Below, one piece after another: positions 28,949-47,329 of a DNA stretch of 64,000 nt. Made by a program: the position numbers and the translations under genes. The stretch is taken from NCBI GenBank assembly GCA_964016885.1, contig OZ024740.1, forward strand, positions 19,096,001 through 19,160,000. The letters run 5' to 3'. Within the stretch, counting starts at the first letter, position 1; the number at the start of each line of letters is the position of its first letter. The notes beneath the pieces are model-generated. The model saw nothing but the letters and a program-made list of their open reading frames with translations, had not been told where the DNA came from and did not search any database. The DNA is from Eledone cirrhosa. Lineage: Eukaryota.

Positions 28949-29898
28949 CCTAAACGGACGGTAGTCCGTTTAGTAATATTGTTGTGGTCGTGTTTTCGTT
29001 GGCAATCGTCTATTTACAACAGTACAGCGCGGCTCTACTTTATTTAACTGAGATAAAACTTATATGAGCATGAACAGTAGATCATTACGCATCTTTTGGC
29101 TTAAAAATTTAGAAATTTGGTCCAGCGGGAAAAAGTTTATAATCAAAGTTTGCTGATAAATCTTGTGTTCAAGTGAGTGAGTAGTAAGCGTGACGCTAGG
29201 GGAGGTAATTACGAGTCTCTCTCTATTATCTAATATATTTCAAATTGTATTTTTAACTAAATTCATTTATCATAGTCTAATATTTTAAAAATAGGTGAGT
29301 GCTCCACGATGATGACCCATGTCCTCGTCATGTGGAGGGGATGCTTAGGAGCCATCCAGATATCATGTGACCATTTTTGCTTCGCGGTGTCCACATGATA
29401 TCTGGATGACCCTTTATACTAATTAGTCATGTATCTGCATAAAAATTATACCAGATCATTCTGATTATTGGCTTGAAATCTTTTACAAAATTAGTATGAG
29501 CAACTAAGAGGTCATCAATAGAAATAGAATTACTTTTTGAACTTTTCATGCACAGCATTTTTGGGGATTTTAAATAAAAGTTAATATCATAATTCTTATT
29601 TTGTATACCCACATTGCAGATACAGAGAAACATGACAATCCTATATAAAGGTCGTAGACAGCAGTATCAGTTGTTATCCGTAACACCATTGAAATGCACA
29701 AGTTTCACCAATTCACTATTATGCACTAATCATCTCAAATGCATTCATGATTTACTAGCTTTGTCATTAAGCCAGTTGCCTCAACTAGATTGCAATTATA
29801 CTCAGAAGAACTTTAAAATGTTAATCACTTGTCAGTAATTCACTATGATCATTTAATTATTAGATAGTTGTTGCTTGCATTGCCTTAAAAAATAGTAG

Positions 29899-30921
29899 AC
29901 CAGATAGAAAAATGCGTACAGCAAAAAAAAAGTAATATTGTTGGAATATAAATCTTTAAAAATACAGGACAAGAAACTAAAATAAAACTTTAAAAGAATA
30001 GGACAATAGGACAAGAAAAAAAGATAAAACTTTAAAGAATTGGACAAGAAATAAAAAATTTTACAATAATATTAGTGGCAACATTTTTTTATTCGCCCCC
30101 AGTATCTTCTTGATTAGTGCATAATAATTGTCATGCTCTCATTGTGCGTCGCTCCTGAGCGGTTCGTTCTGGTTGGGGTTGGTTGGCTGAGCAGTTCTGC
30201 TCCGTCAGAATGACCAGTGCAAGAAGAATTGGCCGATGCAGCTGCAGGTCTCTTCCAAGAATGCACTTCTGGTCCCGCAACACCAGACGAAGATGGAGAA
30301 GACGACCGGGACAAGATGTCGACTCTGACCACCGACTACGGCACCTCCCTCAACCACCGTACCTCCCTCCCCCTGTCCCGTCATCCCTCCAGTCCTCCTG
30401 CTCCCCCTTCCTGTACCAGAAAGCTGTGGCACGCATTCATCTGGACTGCCGGACTTGAACTCAAGGACAAGATGCAAGGAGAAGATGGACGGGTTGGTCA
30501 AGATCAAGGATGAGCGGGACGACAAGACCGTCCGCTGCTGCTCAAGATCTGTGCTCATGGGTCCATGGGTCCATTCACATTATGCATGACACATGAGGCG
30601 TGTTGCCGAATGATGAAATAGGGGTATGGTTATGGCCCAATTGGTGTTCAAACCAGGATCAAATGATCTCCCCGGTCTGACGACGACCTCTGAATGTGGA
30701 ACCCAGAGCCTATGAATGTGGAACTCGATTTTTTACCAATAAAAATTTTGCCACTAATATTATTGTAACATTTTTTATTTCTTGTCCAATTCTTTACAGT
30801 TTTATCTTAGTTTCTTGTCCTATTCTTTTAAAGTTTTATTTTAGTTTCTTGTCCTGTATTTTTAAAGGTTTATATTCCAACAATATTACTTTTTTTTGCT
30901 GTACGCATTTTTCTATCTGGT
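29899..30921. mobile_element. foldback/non-autonomous DNA transposon with ~185-bp TIRs and a GC-rich core
   Basis: ACCAGATAGAAAAATGCGTACAGC... (29899-30087) is inverted at 30741-30921; TIRs contain GGACAAGAAA subrepeats. Confidence 0.85.
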
Positions 30922-32500
<1,579 letters not shown>

Positions 32501-33668
32501 GGAGCTTATAGATAGGACAACACACGCTGTCTTTTCGTGGGGTAAGTTTTTAATTATTTTTTGTATTCTGAAACATCAAAATACAACAATTTTTTGGTCA
32601 CTGGACTCGGGAATGTCACGACAGAAGTTTGTGGAAGTTACACAAATATTTTAGTATATTTTAGCAGAGCAATCCTTATTTATATTTTACATTTTACATT
32701 TACTTACATCTCAAAATAACATTTCTAAAATTCAAATTTTGCTAAGAGAAGAAAACGGTCAAATGAACTAGATACATCTCACTGTCCCCACCACCACAAT
32801 AACGTCTACACTCTCTCCCCACCATCACATGTCATTACCATACCATACCCTATCTAGACTAAAGTCATCGACCTGTTGTCAAACTCTCTACTCTCTGTGG
32901 AATGTATATATATATATGTGTGTGTATGTATATGTGTGTATATACATCACTCAGTCAAACAACCAGATTTCAACCCCAACATCTACAACAACAACAACAC
33001 CGGCACTAATGTTTACAGCAACAACAGCTTCAGAATGAACTGAAATGAACATTTACAACAATTACAACAACAACAACAACAGCGGCATCAAAACATAAAA
33101 AAAGGAAGGGAAAAGAAAAAAGAAAAGGGGAAGGGAAAAAAAACCAAAAAAGGAAAAGAAAAAAAAAACTCAAAATAACAAAACACACACACACACACAC
33201 ACACACAACACAACAACAACATCAACTGCCACCATCACCACCACCACCACCGCCGCCGCCATCACCATCACCAGCGACCTGGCCTTAAGAAAACAACTTT
33301 AATAATAATTTTTCTGCTTTTGGCACGGATCCAGCGACTGGCCAGCGCATCACTGGTACTCTCTTTTGTTGACTCCGTGGAGAGCCATAACTCTATGCTG
33401 TAAAGCAATTATAGTAATACTGGACTGTAATACGATCGGCTTCAACTATACAAACTCTTGAAAGTCAACAGTTGACATAATCTTGTAATCTTGTATCAGT
33501 AATGACGGTAATATATATATATATATGTGTGTGTGTGCGTGTAAGTGAGTAGAGTAGCGTGTGTGTGTGTTTGTTGTATGTATGAGTGTTGCTGTGTGCG
33601 CGCATATGTATGCGTGTGTGTGTATGTCGTACGTATAAGTGTCAATAAGTGACTTTTTTTTTTTTTTT

Positions 33669-36600
33669 ATGCGCGGGGACATAGAAATAATCGGGCTGGA
33701 TGCCCGATCGCGCAGTTAAACCACTGGGAGTGAAGAACCCCTAGCCCTTGTCAGGGCATTCTTCTAGGAGAAGGCATCTCAGGAAACTGGGTTAACTCCG
33801 ATATAAAACCTGCGGCTCAGTAGTTACCGATGATGTTGATCTTTTCTTCTTTTCGGGTTATAGCTACTGTCGCTCAGAGAGTGGGATTGGCTCAGTGCAC
33901 AGTCTTTCCTCACTTTAAAAATATTCGTCACGCACAGGCATTGCACGAGTGCATTAATAATTATTAATAGTGTACTATTATTATTATTATTATTATTATT
34001 ACTATTATTATTACTTTTTTTTTTTTTTTTCCAATTCAATGATGTTCCAGAACAATGTAAACGAGATAATTGCCAATTTAGGTTCTGGAACAAAAAAGAT
34101 CATTGGCAATAAGGGCAGGGGCCCCAAGTTATCACAACCTGGGCCCGCCCGTCATCGTGCCATTGTAATAGAGCCAAACAGGGTATTTTGTCTTGGCTGC
34201 TGGAACGTACGGACGCTGCTTGACAGGGATTCTTTGGAGCGTCCTGAACGAAGGACCGCTCTTGTTGCAAAGGAGCTTCGACGTTACGATCTTGACATCG
34301 TGGCTTTGTCTGAGACGAGGTTAGCTGGAGATGGTCATCTTACGGGATTTTGTGGAGAATATACATTCTTCTGGAAAGGAAGAGATGAAGGAACCAGAAG
34401 AGAGGCTGGGGTAGGATTTGCTGTTAAGACTGTACTTGTGAATAAATTAGAAGAATTCCCAGTAGGGATTAGTGAGCGTCTTATGTCCATGAGAGTTCCG
34501 CTGGACAAGGGAAGATATGCTACCCTGGTGAGTGTGTATGCTCCAACTATGAATTCTGTCGATGAAGAAAAACTGTCCTTTTACCATGCCTTGAAAGGTG
34601 TTCTAAGAAATATCCCTCAGGCAGACAAAGTCATCGTGCTTGGTGACTTTAATGCTAGAGTGGGTAGGGATTTTAACACATGGAATGTAATCGGAAGGCA
34701 TGGGATGGGAAAGTGTAACAGCAATGGTATGCTCTTGCTGCAGATGTGTGAGGAGCTGGATCTGTGTGTTACCAACACCATGTTCCAACAAAAGAACAAA
34801 TTCAAGACCACATGGATGCATCCTGCATCTAAGGAATGGCATCTTTTGGACTACGTCCTAGTCAGGATGTGTGACAGACAGGATGTGCAGAGTGTTCGTG
34901 TTCTTCGTGGAGCTGAGTGCTGGACGGACCACCGCCTGGTACGCGCAAAAGTGAAACTAATCACTAAACGTAAAATCCGGGCTCCTGGTGTTGCCCTGCC
35001 CAAAAGATTGAATGCTGCTCGTCTTAAGGATAAAAATGTGAAGAGGACATTGGAAGAAGAGATGCAGGTTGCAGATCTTGGTGAGGATTGGCCGACCCTT
35101 AAAAAGTCGGTTTATGATGTAGGCAGGCGTGTTCTGGGATTGGCGCAGAGGAAACATCAGGACTGGTTTAATGAGAATGATGTACATATAGAAGACTTGT
35201 TGGCTGATAAGAGGCGTGCTCTGTCACGCTACTTGACAGCAAAAGCACAGGAGAGGAATACGTTGCATGAGGAACTCAGGGATGTAAAATCACGTGTTAG
35301 GCGGAATCTTTCTCAGATGAAGGATCAGTGGTGGAGTGAGAAGGCTGGTGAGATACAAAATGCGTCTGATTCCAATAACACAAAGCTGTTGTACAGTCTC
35401 TTGCGTGATGTTTATGGACCGTCTTCTCTGGTGACACCGCTTTGCAGCAGGGATGGCAAAGAACTTCTTCGTGACTCACAAGGAATTCTACGAAGGTGAC
35501 GAGAGCACTTTGATGATCTTTTAAATCAGCCGTCTGTCGTCAGTGAAGATTTCCTCAATCTCATTCCACAAAGTCCTGTGAAAGTAGCTCTCGCAGAACC
35601 TCCAACGCTTGTGGAGGTTGCAGTGGCTATTTCGAAGCTGAACAGTGGAAGATCTCCAGGTATGGATGGCATACATGCTGAGCTCCTACAATATGGCGGT
35701 GAGAGACTCCTGCAACATCTTCACTCTTTGTTTGGCAGGATATGGGCTAATGAATCCGTACCTGAGGACTGGAGAGATGCAGTAATGGTGGTCTTGTACA
35801 AGGGAAAGGGTAACAGGAACGATTGTGGGAACTACAGAGGTATATCATTGCTTTCTGTCGTAGGGAAAGTTTTATGTAGGGTGCTTCTGGACCGTCTGCT
35901 GACACACATTGCAGATTGTGTTCTTCCTGAAAGTCAATCTGGTTTTCGTGCTGGACGCGGCACTACTGATATGATCTTCTCAGCTAGACAGCTCCAGGAG
36001 AAATGCATGGAACAAGGCTTGGATCTGTATCAGGTTTTTGTCGATCTGACAAAAGCTTTCGATACTGTTAACAGAGATGCATTATGGAAGGTTCTCCAGA
36101 AACTTGGTTGCTCTGATAAGTTCCTTGCTTTAGTTAGGTCTTTCCATGACGACATGAGGGCTTGGGTTAATGTCGGGGGTAACATGTCGGAGCATATCTC
36201 AGTAAAAAATGGAGTGAAACAGGGGGATATTCCAGCACCGACTCTGTTTGCCATATACTTTGCAATGGTTTTCTGTATTGCATTCAGGAATTGCGAGCAT
36301 GGTGTTTACATCCGATATCGAACCTCAGGCAGCATATTTAACATCAGGCGCTTTGCTGCGAAGACAAAAGTATTTACATCAATCATAAGAGACCTCTTGT
36401 ATGCAGATGATTGCGATCTTGTAGCGCGCACAGAGAGTGATATGCAGCACATTTTGAATGCATTTTCTGACGCTTGCCCTAGGTCTGACTGTCAGTCTCA
36501 AGAAAACCGTCGTCATGTACCAACCTGCCCCTGGTAAGCAGTACACTAAACCAAACATCTATGTGTATGGCAAACGACTTGGAGTGGTTGATCAGTTTGT

Positions 36601-37735
36601 CTACCTGGGAAGCACTGTCAATCGATACAGCAACCTTGACAGTGAAATCTCACTTAGGATTAGGAAAGCAAATGATGCTTTCGGAAAGCTAGAAAGGCGA
36701 CTCTGGGGTCGGCGAGACATATGCAGGAGGACAAAGGTAAAGGTGTACAGGGCATGTGTGCTCTCTTGTCTTCGTTAAGCCTGCGAGACCTGGGTCACAT
36801 ATCGACGCCACCTTAAGCAATTGGAGCGTTTCCATCAGATGTGTCTCAGACGGATCCATGGCGTTCACTGGAGGGACCACATCAGTGATGTCGAGATTTT
36901 GAAAAGCTCTATGTGTGACAGTATAGAAGCTCTTGTGCTTAAGCAACGACTCCGTTGGAGTGGTAACCTTGCCAAGATGAAGGATTCTAGAATACCAAAA
37001 CAACTCTTTTATGGAGAGTTGGTTAAAGGAAAACGATCGCCACATAAACCAAAAAAGAGGTATAAGGATTCCTTGAAAGCCTCTCTGAAAGACGCTAGCA
37101 TCTCTGCTGATACATGGGAGAATATTGCTGCTGATCGTAATAAATGGAGAAAGACTGTATATGAGGGAAAAGTTGCTTTTGAGGCATCTCGAATCGCATA
37201 CGAGAAAGTAAAGCGGGATGTGAGGAAGGGCATTGCTGTTGCACTTCCAGACGGCGAGGGTCCTCCTATGGTGCTGACATGCAGCGTCTGTGCGAGACTC
37301 TGCCTAAGCAAAGCTGGACTCGAAAGTCATCTTCGCAGTCATAAAGTAAGACCAGTGGTTGACTACCAGACTGCTGTTGGAGATGCTACTCATCATGCTT
37401 GCCAAACATGTGGTAGAGAATGTAAATCAGCAGGAGGGCTCAAGCGACATGCAAAAGTACACGAACTCCAACCACAGCCGACTATTCCCAGTGAATGTTT
37501 TGGATGCCGACTCTGTGCAAGACATTTTAGATCATTGGCTGGGCTAAAAAGCCACATTCGATCGCAGCGCTGTTAGTTGCTGTCGTGTGTGTATGTGTGT
37601 GTAGATATGCTTATGTGTGTGCGTGTGTGTGTATATGTATATGTATATGTATATTATTATTGTTGTTGTCGTTATTATTATTGTTGTTATTATTATTATT
37701 GTTATTAATGTATGTGTGTGTGTATGTGTGTGTGA

Positions 37736-37777
<42 letters not shown>

Positions 37778-37788
37778 ATATATGTATG

Positions 37789-37825
<37 letters not shown>

Positions 37826-37929
37826 TTTCTTTTTATTTATTTATTATTATTATTATTATTATTTTATTTTACTTTTTTTCGTTCTCCTCGTGCAATGGCC
37901 ATACTCGATGACGAGGGGGCAGCCATCAT
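33669..37929 (+). mobile_element. near full-length RTE-clade LINE (APE, RT, three C-terminal C2H2-type fingers), inactivated; (TATG)n tail
   Basis: WNVRTL, LSETR, YAPT, LGDFNARVG, TDHRLV; NYRGISLL, FVDLTKAFD, GVKQG, LYADD; CxxC..HxxxH fingers. Stop at 35497-35499, frameshifts near 36476 and 36776. 5' UTR motif TAGGAGAAGG. Confidence 0.95.
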
Positions 37930-38137
37930 GTATGTATGTATGTATGTATGTATGTATGTATGTATGTATGTATATATGTATGTATGTATATGTATGTATA
38001 TGTGTATGTATGTATGTATGTATGTATGTATGTATGTATGTATGTATGTATGTATGTATGTATGTATGTATGTATATGTATATATATATGTATGTGTGTA
38101 TGTATGTATGTATGTATATATATATATGTATATATAT

Positions 38138-41100
38138 ATATGATAAAGAACACAAGAGCGTCTACAACATCACACATTTTTTATTGGCTTACAATGTTTC
38201 TTCCTTACGTAACCGTAGGTTTCGTCAGAGCTATAAAAGGGGTTTGATTGGTGTTATGGACTCTACCAACCAAACATTCAAGAACAAAGAGTAAAGAGAG
38301 TAAAGAGCAAAAGCAGGGGACAATAAGTCTAATTTAGGTGCGGGAGGGTGGGGTGTGGGTCCTTGTTTACTAGCTGTGGTCATATTCATTCCCGGGAGTC
38401 GAGTGGTTAGTGGAGCCATAGATGGGGTGGCATTGATAGTAGGGTGAAGAGGGTGTGCAGAGGTTACACACAGACAAGGGCATATAATATATATATAACG
38501 GAGGAGAAAGTACATGAGGTAATTTGAAATGGAATAATAATAATAATAATTTATAGTTAATAATGTATAATAAGGCATAGGGAAGATTACATTATAATAA
38601 GATATAAAAGTAAGAATAAATAAAATATAAGTAGGATAAAAATGAAAATAAAAATAAAAATAAAAATAAAAAAATATATAAAAAATATATAGAGAATATA
38701 TAAAAAATATAAGCAAGTATCAGAAACGGAAAAACACAATGTAAAAAAACAGATTTTGTTAAATAAAAATATTATAAATATGGGGGGAGAAAATGGGAGA
38801 GAGAAATATAATCATAATGTGATTAGTTGAGAGGATATAAGATGATAATAAGTGTGTCAAGTTTATACATCTTAATAATAAATAATATGTATACTAGAGT
38901 TACACATCTTTCAATGCACTTGCTAGTCCAACCCATAGGGCATAGTCCATCGCTCATCTGTGCGGTCGTGTGTGTTTGTGTTCGACCTCACAACAGATTC
39001 ACAAGTTCGTATATTTCAATGCAAATAGAATTCTATTTGTGCTTACCCGGTCATTGACGGAGCATCCAATATTCCTAGTTCGTTGCTGACCCAATATGTG
39101 TGTAGTGTTATTTTGGTCGCATAAATCAGTCACTTGGTTCTATATTATGGAGTATGGTTTACTGGTCTTCGATACAGTATCAGTGGTTGTATTTCTCAAA
39201 ATCACAAGGATCACAGTACTCCGGTTTGGTTTGATTATCGGTCATCTAACTATGTTGTCGGTGGTTGGATTTAAATCTATTGCCCAGAACGTAGAACTTT
39301 GGTGTTGATTGAACATTAACGAGGCAGAGTGAAATCGCATCTGTGGTAAATAACGGTACTCAAGGAAATTCTTCGTCTTCGTTTCATCCGGGTCTAGCAG
39401 TCAGGTGCAAGAACTGCTACGTAGTAACTGTGAGGGCAAGCGGTCAAGATAGCAACTGACCGAAAATTCTCCTGGGAATTCGTTCAGGCATGACAGGTAC
39501 ATTTAGGTCACCAGTTTCTTCGTGTGTACGTGTGTCCGATACACACAGACACATTTATATGCATTTCAACGCGAAGAAAATTCAATTGATGCCCTTATTG
39601 ATATTATATCTGATATTCCGAGATCTCTGTTGTTCCGATGTCCATGTTGTGATGTTTTGGTCGTGTTTACCAGTCACTGTGTTTTGCCATGACCTTGGAG
39701 TGTGATGTTTTGGTCATCAATATTCCGGCAACCGCATTCTTCTCTTATATTGTGGAAAGTGGTGTTCTGGTCTTCAGTATACATTTTGGGTTAGCAGGAG
39801 GGGAGGTGGTTCTCAGTTTTCACTGCGACAATACATATATGTTACTTTACATATCGTGCTCCTCTCAAAGAAGAGTATTATAGGAGGAATTCATGCCAAA
39901 CACCACATATAGAGAAGACTTCTACAGAAAAAAATTCTCTCTCCAAGAGTTCCCTCCAAATAACCTTTCGGCGACACATAACGAAAAACATAACATATAA
40001 TATATAGTGTGTTATTACATGAGTGGATGTTCACTTGTATCATACAAGAAAGGCAATAGGGAATAAGGAGGAAGAAGCCCTGCTTTTATGGTGGAGGTTG
40101 GGGTGAACTAGTATATGAATGAACACCCGCAGACGTTCCCGCATCTGTCCAAGTGTACACATGGACAGCGACACACACACTCAAACACGCATATATGTAT
40201 ATACTCATGCACACACACACACGCACACGCATACACACGTACTGATGATAGAGGCTGGGGTGTATTGTTATATATGGCCATGCGCGCAGACATACACACA
40301 CTCATACACATCCATATATGTACGCATGCATACACACACACACGCACCAGAGGTTGGGGTGCACTAGCACATAGGTAGATATTCCCCCATATGCATGCGT
40401 GCACACACACATGTACACACACATGTATCCACGCACACACACACACGAGCCCACATTCACCTACACCCAGACATATAGATCACTACCCCCCGACACGCAT
40501 GCATATACACAGACACGTGGGGGTGAGCGAGATTTAAGATATACGGGACCTGAGGGGTTAATATAGCGATATAGGTTTACCCAAAAGATATAAAGCATAT
40601 GACATTGGATCCACAGAATCTGATCATGCCGCGGTACTGGCCAGTGCATACATATGCGCACATACATGCGCCTCCTCGTTCCCCGACAGGCCAACGCACA
40701 CACACACATAGGCCCACACACGTGCACACACCCATATTCGATGACATGGACCAACATAGGCGTATTTATGGGGGTCCATAGAGAAATAAATAAATGAATT
40801 ACGGGCGGACATGCAGCGCAACTTAAGATGAGGGCTAAGATAAAATGCCATCCAGCAGTGGTGTAACCTAGATGAGAGTATGACATTCTATTTACTCCAC
40901 ACCGTCTCGTGTCCCAAAATCTATTCTCCCAAAGCTGTAGCCCGGTGGGGGACTGTTCCACCTATAGGCTACCTATCTATCTGGGTTATGGGTTGGGGGA
41001 AGGTAGGGAGGAGTTATAGTCAAGGAGGGGTATATCTAGGTGGGGGTTGCGTAATATATGTTACGTCTATGTGCTAGGTTTAAAATAGAAGAAGGAACTC

Positions 41101-42721
41101 AGGATTTTGTGTTGGCAAGAGGAGAAAAATTCAGATTTCCTGTTAAGCAGGTTCAGTTTAGAGTGTATTATGGCATGGCATTCTAGTAAACACAGGTCAC
41201 AACTCCCGCTCTGCGGTCGGTATGGCGTGGATCTAGTAAGCTTCCTCCAAAAAAGTTTGTATGGAGTACTATTATTTTTTAAAAAGGAGATGTATCCCGC
41301 CAGTGAAGTGGCATTCTTATGTCTATCGTGTCTAAATGTGTACATTTGCGTGTTATATCTAGTTTTAAATGTATTGGACGTTTATCCTATATATGTTTTG
41401 GTAGAGTTGGGTGTGGTTACGTCACATGCATATACGATGTTTTTCATGAGGCAAGCCCCTCTTAGGGGACAGTTACTACTCCGCCTACAATTGCAACTGC
41501 GGTTTCGATCAGTTAGCGTACCTCCCGAACTTTGGTTACTAGCATTATCACTAGGTGCCTCTATACCATTAGATGGCTAAGTGATACTATTATGTTGCCT
41601 ATTTCTCAGTGTAGTCGGTTGCTGGTGGTTAGCTGCCATTTTAATTGTTTCGAAACCTTCCCTAGTCTTCCTAATGTTCGTGCGTGCTAGGTGTGATGCG
41701 AGGTTAGGTGTGGTCGAATAGGATAATTTAATCACGTTTTTGTTAATTATGTTGCGATATCTACTGCCTGGTGGGAAGTTTTTTTCTAATAATGAGAAGA
41801 ATACTCTGGGGAGGTTAGTAAGGACCTCAGAGTTAAAAGCTGGGTTAAAGTACATGTTTTTCCTTCTTCTATTTTTCTTGTCTATGGGGTGAGTCTCGTT
41901 ACTGTGCGTACTATTTTGTAGGGTTCCGTTGTTAAAGTTAGTGGCGCTGTCTGTTTTGCTTATGTCCGGATGGTTTATATTCATGGCATGACCATTTGCT
42001 GCTTTAGAGTTGTGGTGAGGGTCTCTAGTATTGTCTCTACGTGGTTTACATTTAGCTGGGTTACCGCCATTAGGGTTCTTACTATTATTCTTGCCTCTAA
42101 GTTGGTTAGGCTTTGTGGCCATACTATGTGTGATTATGTTGGTAGGTTTCACACTTGTGGTTTGGGAGTCCTTATGTATATATGATAATCTATTCCCGTA
42201 ACCAGATTCTGCTAGGGCCTTGTTATAATAATCTGCATTGGAGTTGAAGATACTCTCATTGCAGGACAGTCTGCTAATTCTATTAGAGACCCCTTTGGGA
42301 ATAGCGTTTAGGACTGATTTGGGGTGGTTAGAGCTGGTGTTTACGTATGTTAGTCTATCATTAGGTTTGCGGTAGGGTGCAAATGTTTTAGTTTCTAGGT
42401 CAAGGGTGGCGTCTAAAAAGTTTACTGTTTTGTCATTTGTATCTATGGTAATACTTAGATTAAAGCTTTTAAGGAACCTACGTAACTGTTTCCTGGTTCG
42501 TTCTATATTGCACTTTTTATACTCGAGAGGGAAGAGGGCGTCATCACCATATAAGCCGCCCTTCAGGTGCGGTAATGTCTCATGTAACTCCTTTAAGAGG
42601 TACAGTTCTACCAACCCCTTTTATAGCTCTGAAGAATCCTACGGTTACGTAAGGAAAAAACATTGTAAGCCAAGAAAAAATGTTTGATATTGTAGACGCT
42701 CTTGTGTTCTTTATCATATAT
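38138..42721 (-). mobile_element. 5'-truncated Penelope-like element (Naiad-type) with inverted ~108-bp termini
   Basis: ORF remnants 42614-41067: GGLYGDDAL, NFLDATLDL, PYRKPND..SNHPKS, YFNPAF, CNC..CPLRGAC, VYAC..TYIG, CDLCLLE..LNRKSE..CQHK. 38138-38244 is inverted at 42613-42721. Confidence 0.88.
38179..38238 (-). ncRNA. type I hammerhead in the Penelope terminal repeat (decayed inverted copy at 42619-42678)
   Basis: UUUUAUAGCU CUGACGA AACCUACG GUUA CGUAAGGAA GAAAC AUU GUA^AGCCAAUAAAA; the base of stem II is mismatched. Confidence 0.65.
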
Positions 42722-42857
42722 ACGGCTCTGCTCCAAAACATTGAGCTAATTATTATACTGCCAATACTTTAATGGGACACGGGTATACAATACCTAACTC
42801 CTATTAACCTAAGTATGTATATATATATGTATGTATGTATATATATATGTATGTATG

Positions 42858-42890
<33 letters not shown>

Positions 42891-43037
42891 GTATATATGT
42901 ATGTATGTATATATATATGTATATATATATGTGTGTATGTATGTATATATATATATATGTGTATATATATATATATGTATATGTGTATGTATGTATGTAT
43001 GTATGTATGTATGTATGTATGTATATATATGTATGTG

Positions 43038-43073
<36 letters not shown>

Positions 43074-43107
43074 TGTATATGTATATATATATATGTATGT
43101 ATGTATG

Positions 43108-43154
<47 letters not shown>

Positions 43155-43239
43155 GTATGTATGTATATATATATATATGTATATATATATGTATGTTTGT
43201 ATGTATATATATATGTATATATATATGTATATATCTATG

Positions 43240-46356
<3,117 letters not shown>

Positions 46357-47329
46357 GGGAAGAAGACGCACGAGGTGGTAGAAGGTCATGAAATCGTTCC
46401 CGTAAGTTTTGAATTTTTAACATATTTAAATCATTTGTGAAATAACAACTCTTAGTACAAATGCTACGTAAAGCACCCGGCTTGAGCCCCAAAAAATTCG
46501 GACCCAAAATATATTATTATAAGGCTCAAATATTCAAATATTCAACTTTGTATTGTACATTGTATATTCAAAAAAGAAAATGGCTATAAATGGAAGAAGA
46601 ACCCCCCCCCCCTCCTCTGTCTACGCTATATAGAACAGCCAAACATCACCAATCTCACCAACACCAGAAACTAGATACAACACCTACCCCATCACCTCTC
46701 TGTGTACACTAAACACAACAGCCAGATAACGGCAATTTTACCACCACCACTCACTACTGCCATCATTACCACCACTATCCCATCACCGCCTCCACCACTC
46801 CTTCTTTGCTGCCACTGCTACAACACCATCACTACAGTAATACGATCACATCGCCACCACCACTGCCTCGGTATCGACATCACCACCACCACTGTCTCAG
46901 TATCGATACCGCCGCTACTGTCTCCCACATCTCCCCGCCGCCACCACTCCTTCAATGCTACCACCATTATTCCCCTGTTAACTTGGGAGAGAAAGGGGAA
47001 GGTGGCGGTATCACTAGACAAGGGAGAGGCTAGCAAAAGATATAAATAGATTGACTTAGTGACCTGGCCACATCAACAATTATGGGACTACTGGCTCACC
47101 CCTTCCTCACCAACAATATAAAAAGCCCCGGCACCACCACCGACATAGCCAACAACAATAACAGCCAACCACAACAAAAAGTATATTATATTATTGTAAT
47201 GCACTGGGTGATTGCTGGCCTTGTGCCTGGAGTGGAGACAATTATTAATAATTTCATTCTTAAGCCACGCAATGCTCACGTTAAGGAACCACTCATGATA
47301 ATAACAATTTAAAAAAACAACAAAAAGAA

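Noticed and set aside
28980-29220. Possible DNA-transposon subterminal motifs (GGGGAGGTAA, also at ~15608)
   Set aside because: No paired TIR or TSD could be defined.
46620-47180. Pro/Thr/His-rich ORFs
   Set aside because: Low-complexity (CAC/CCA) sequence; similar tract at 32780-33280.
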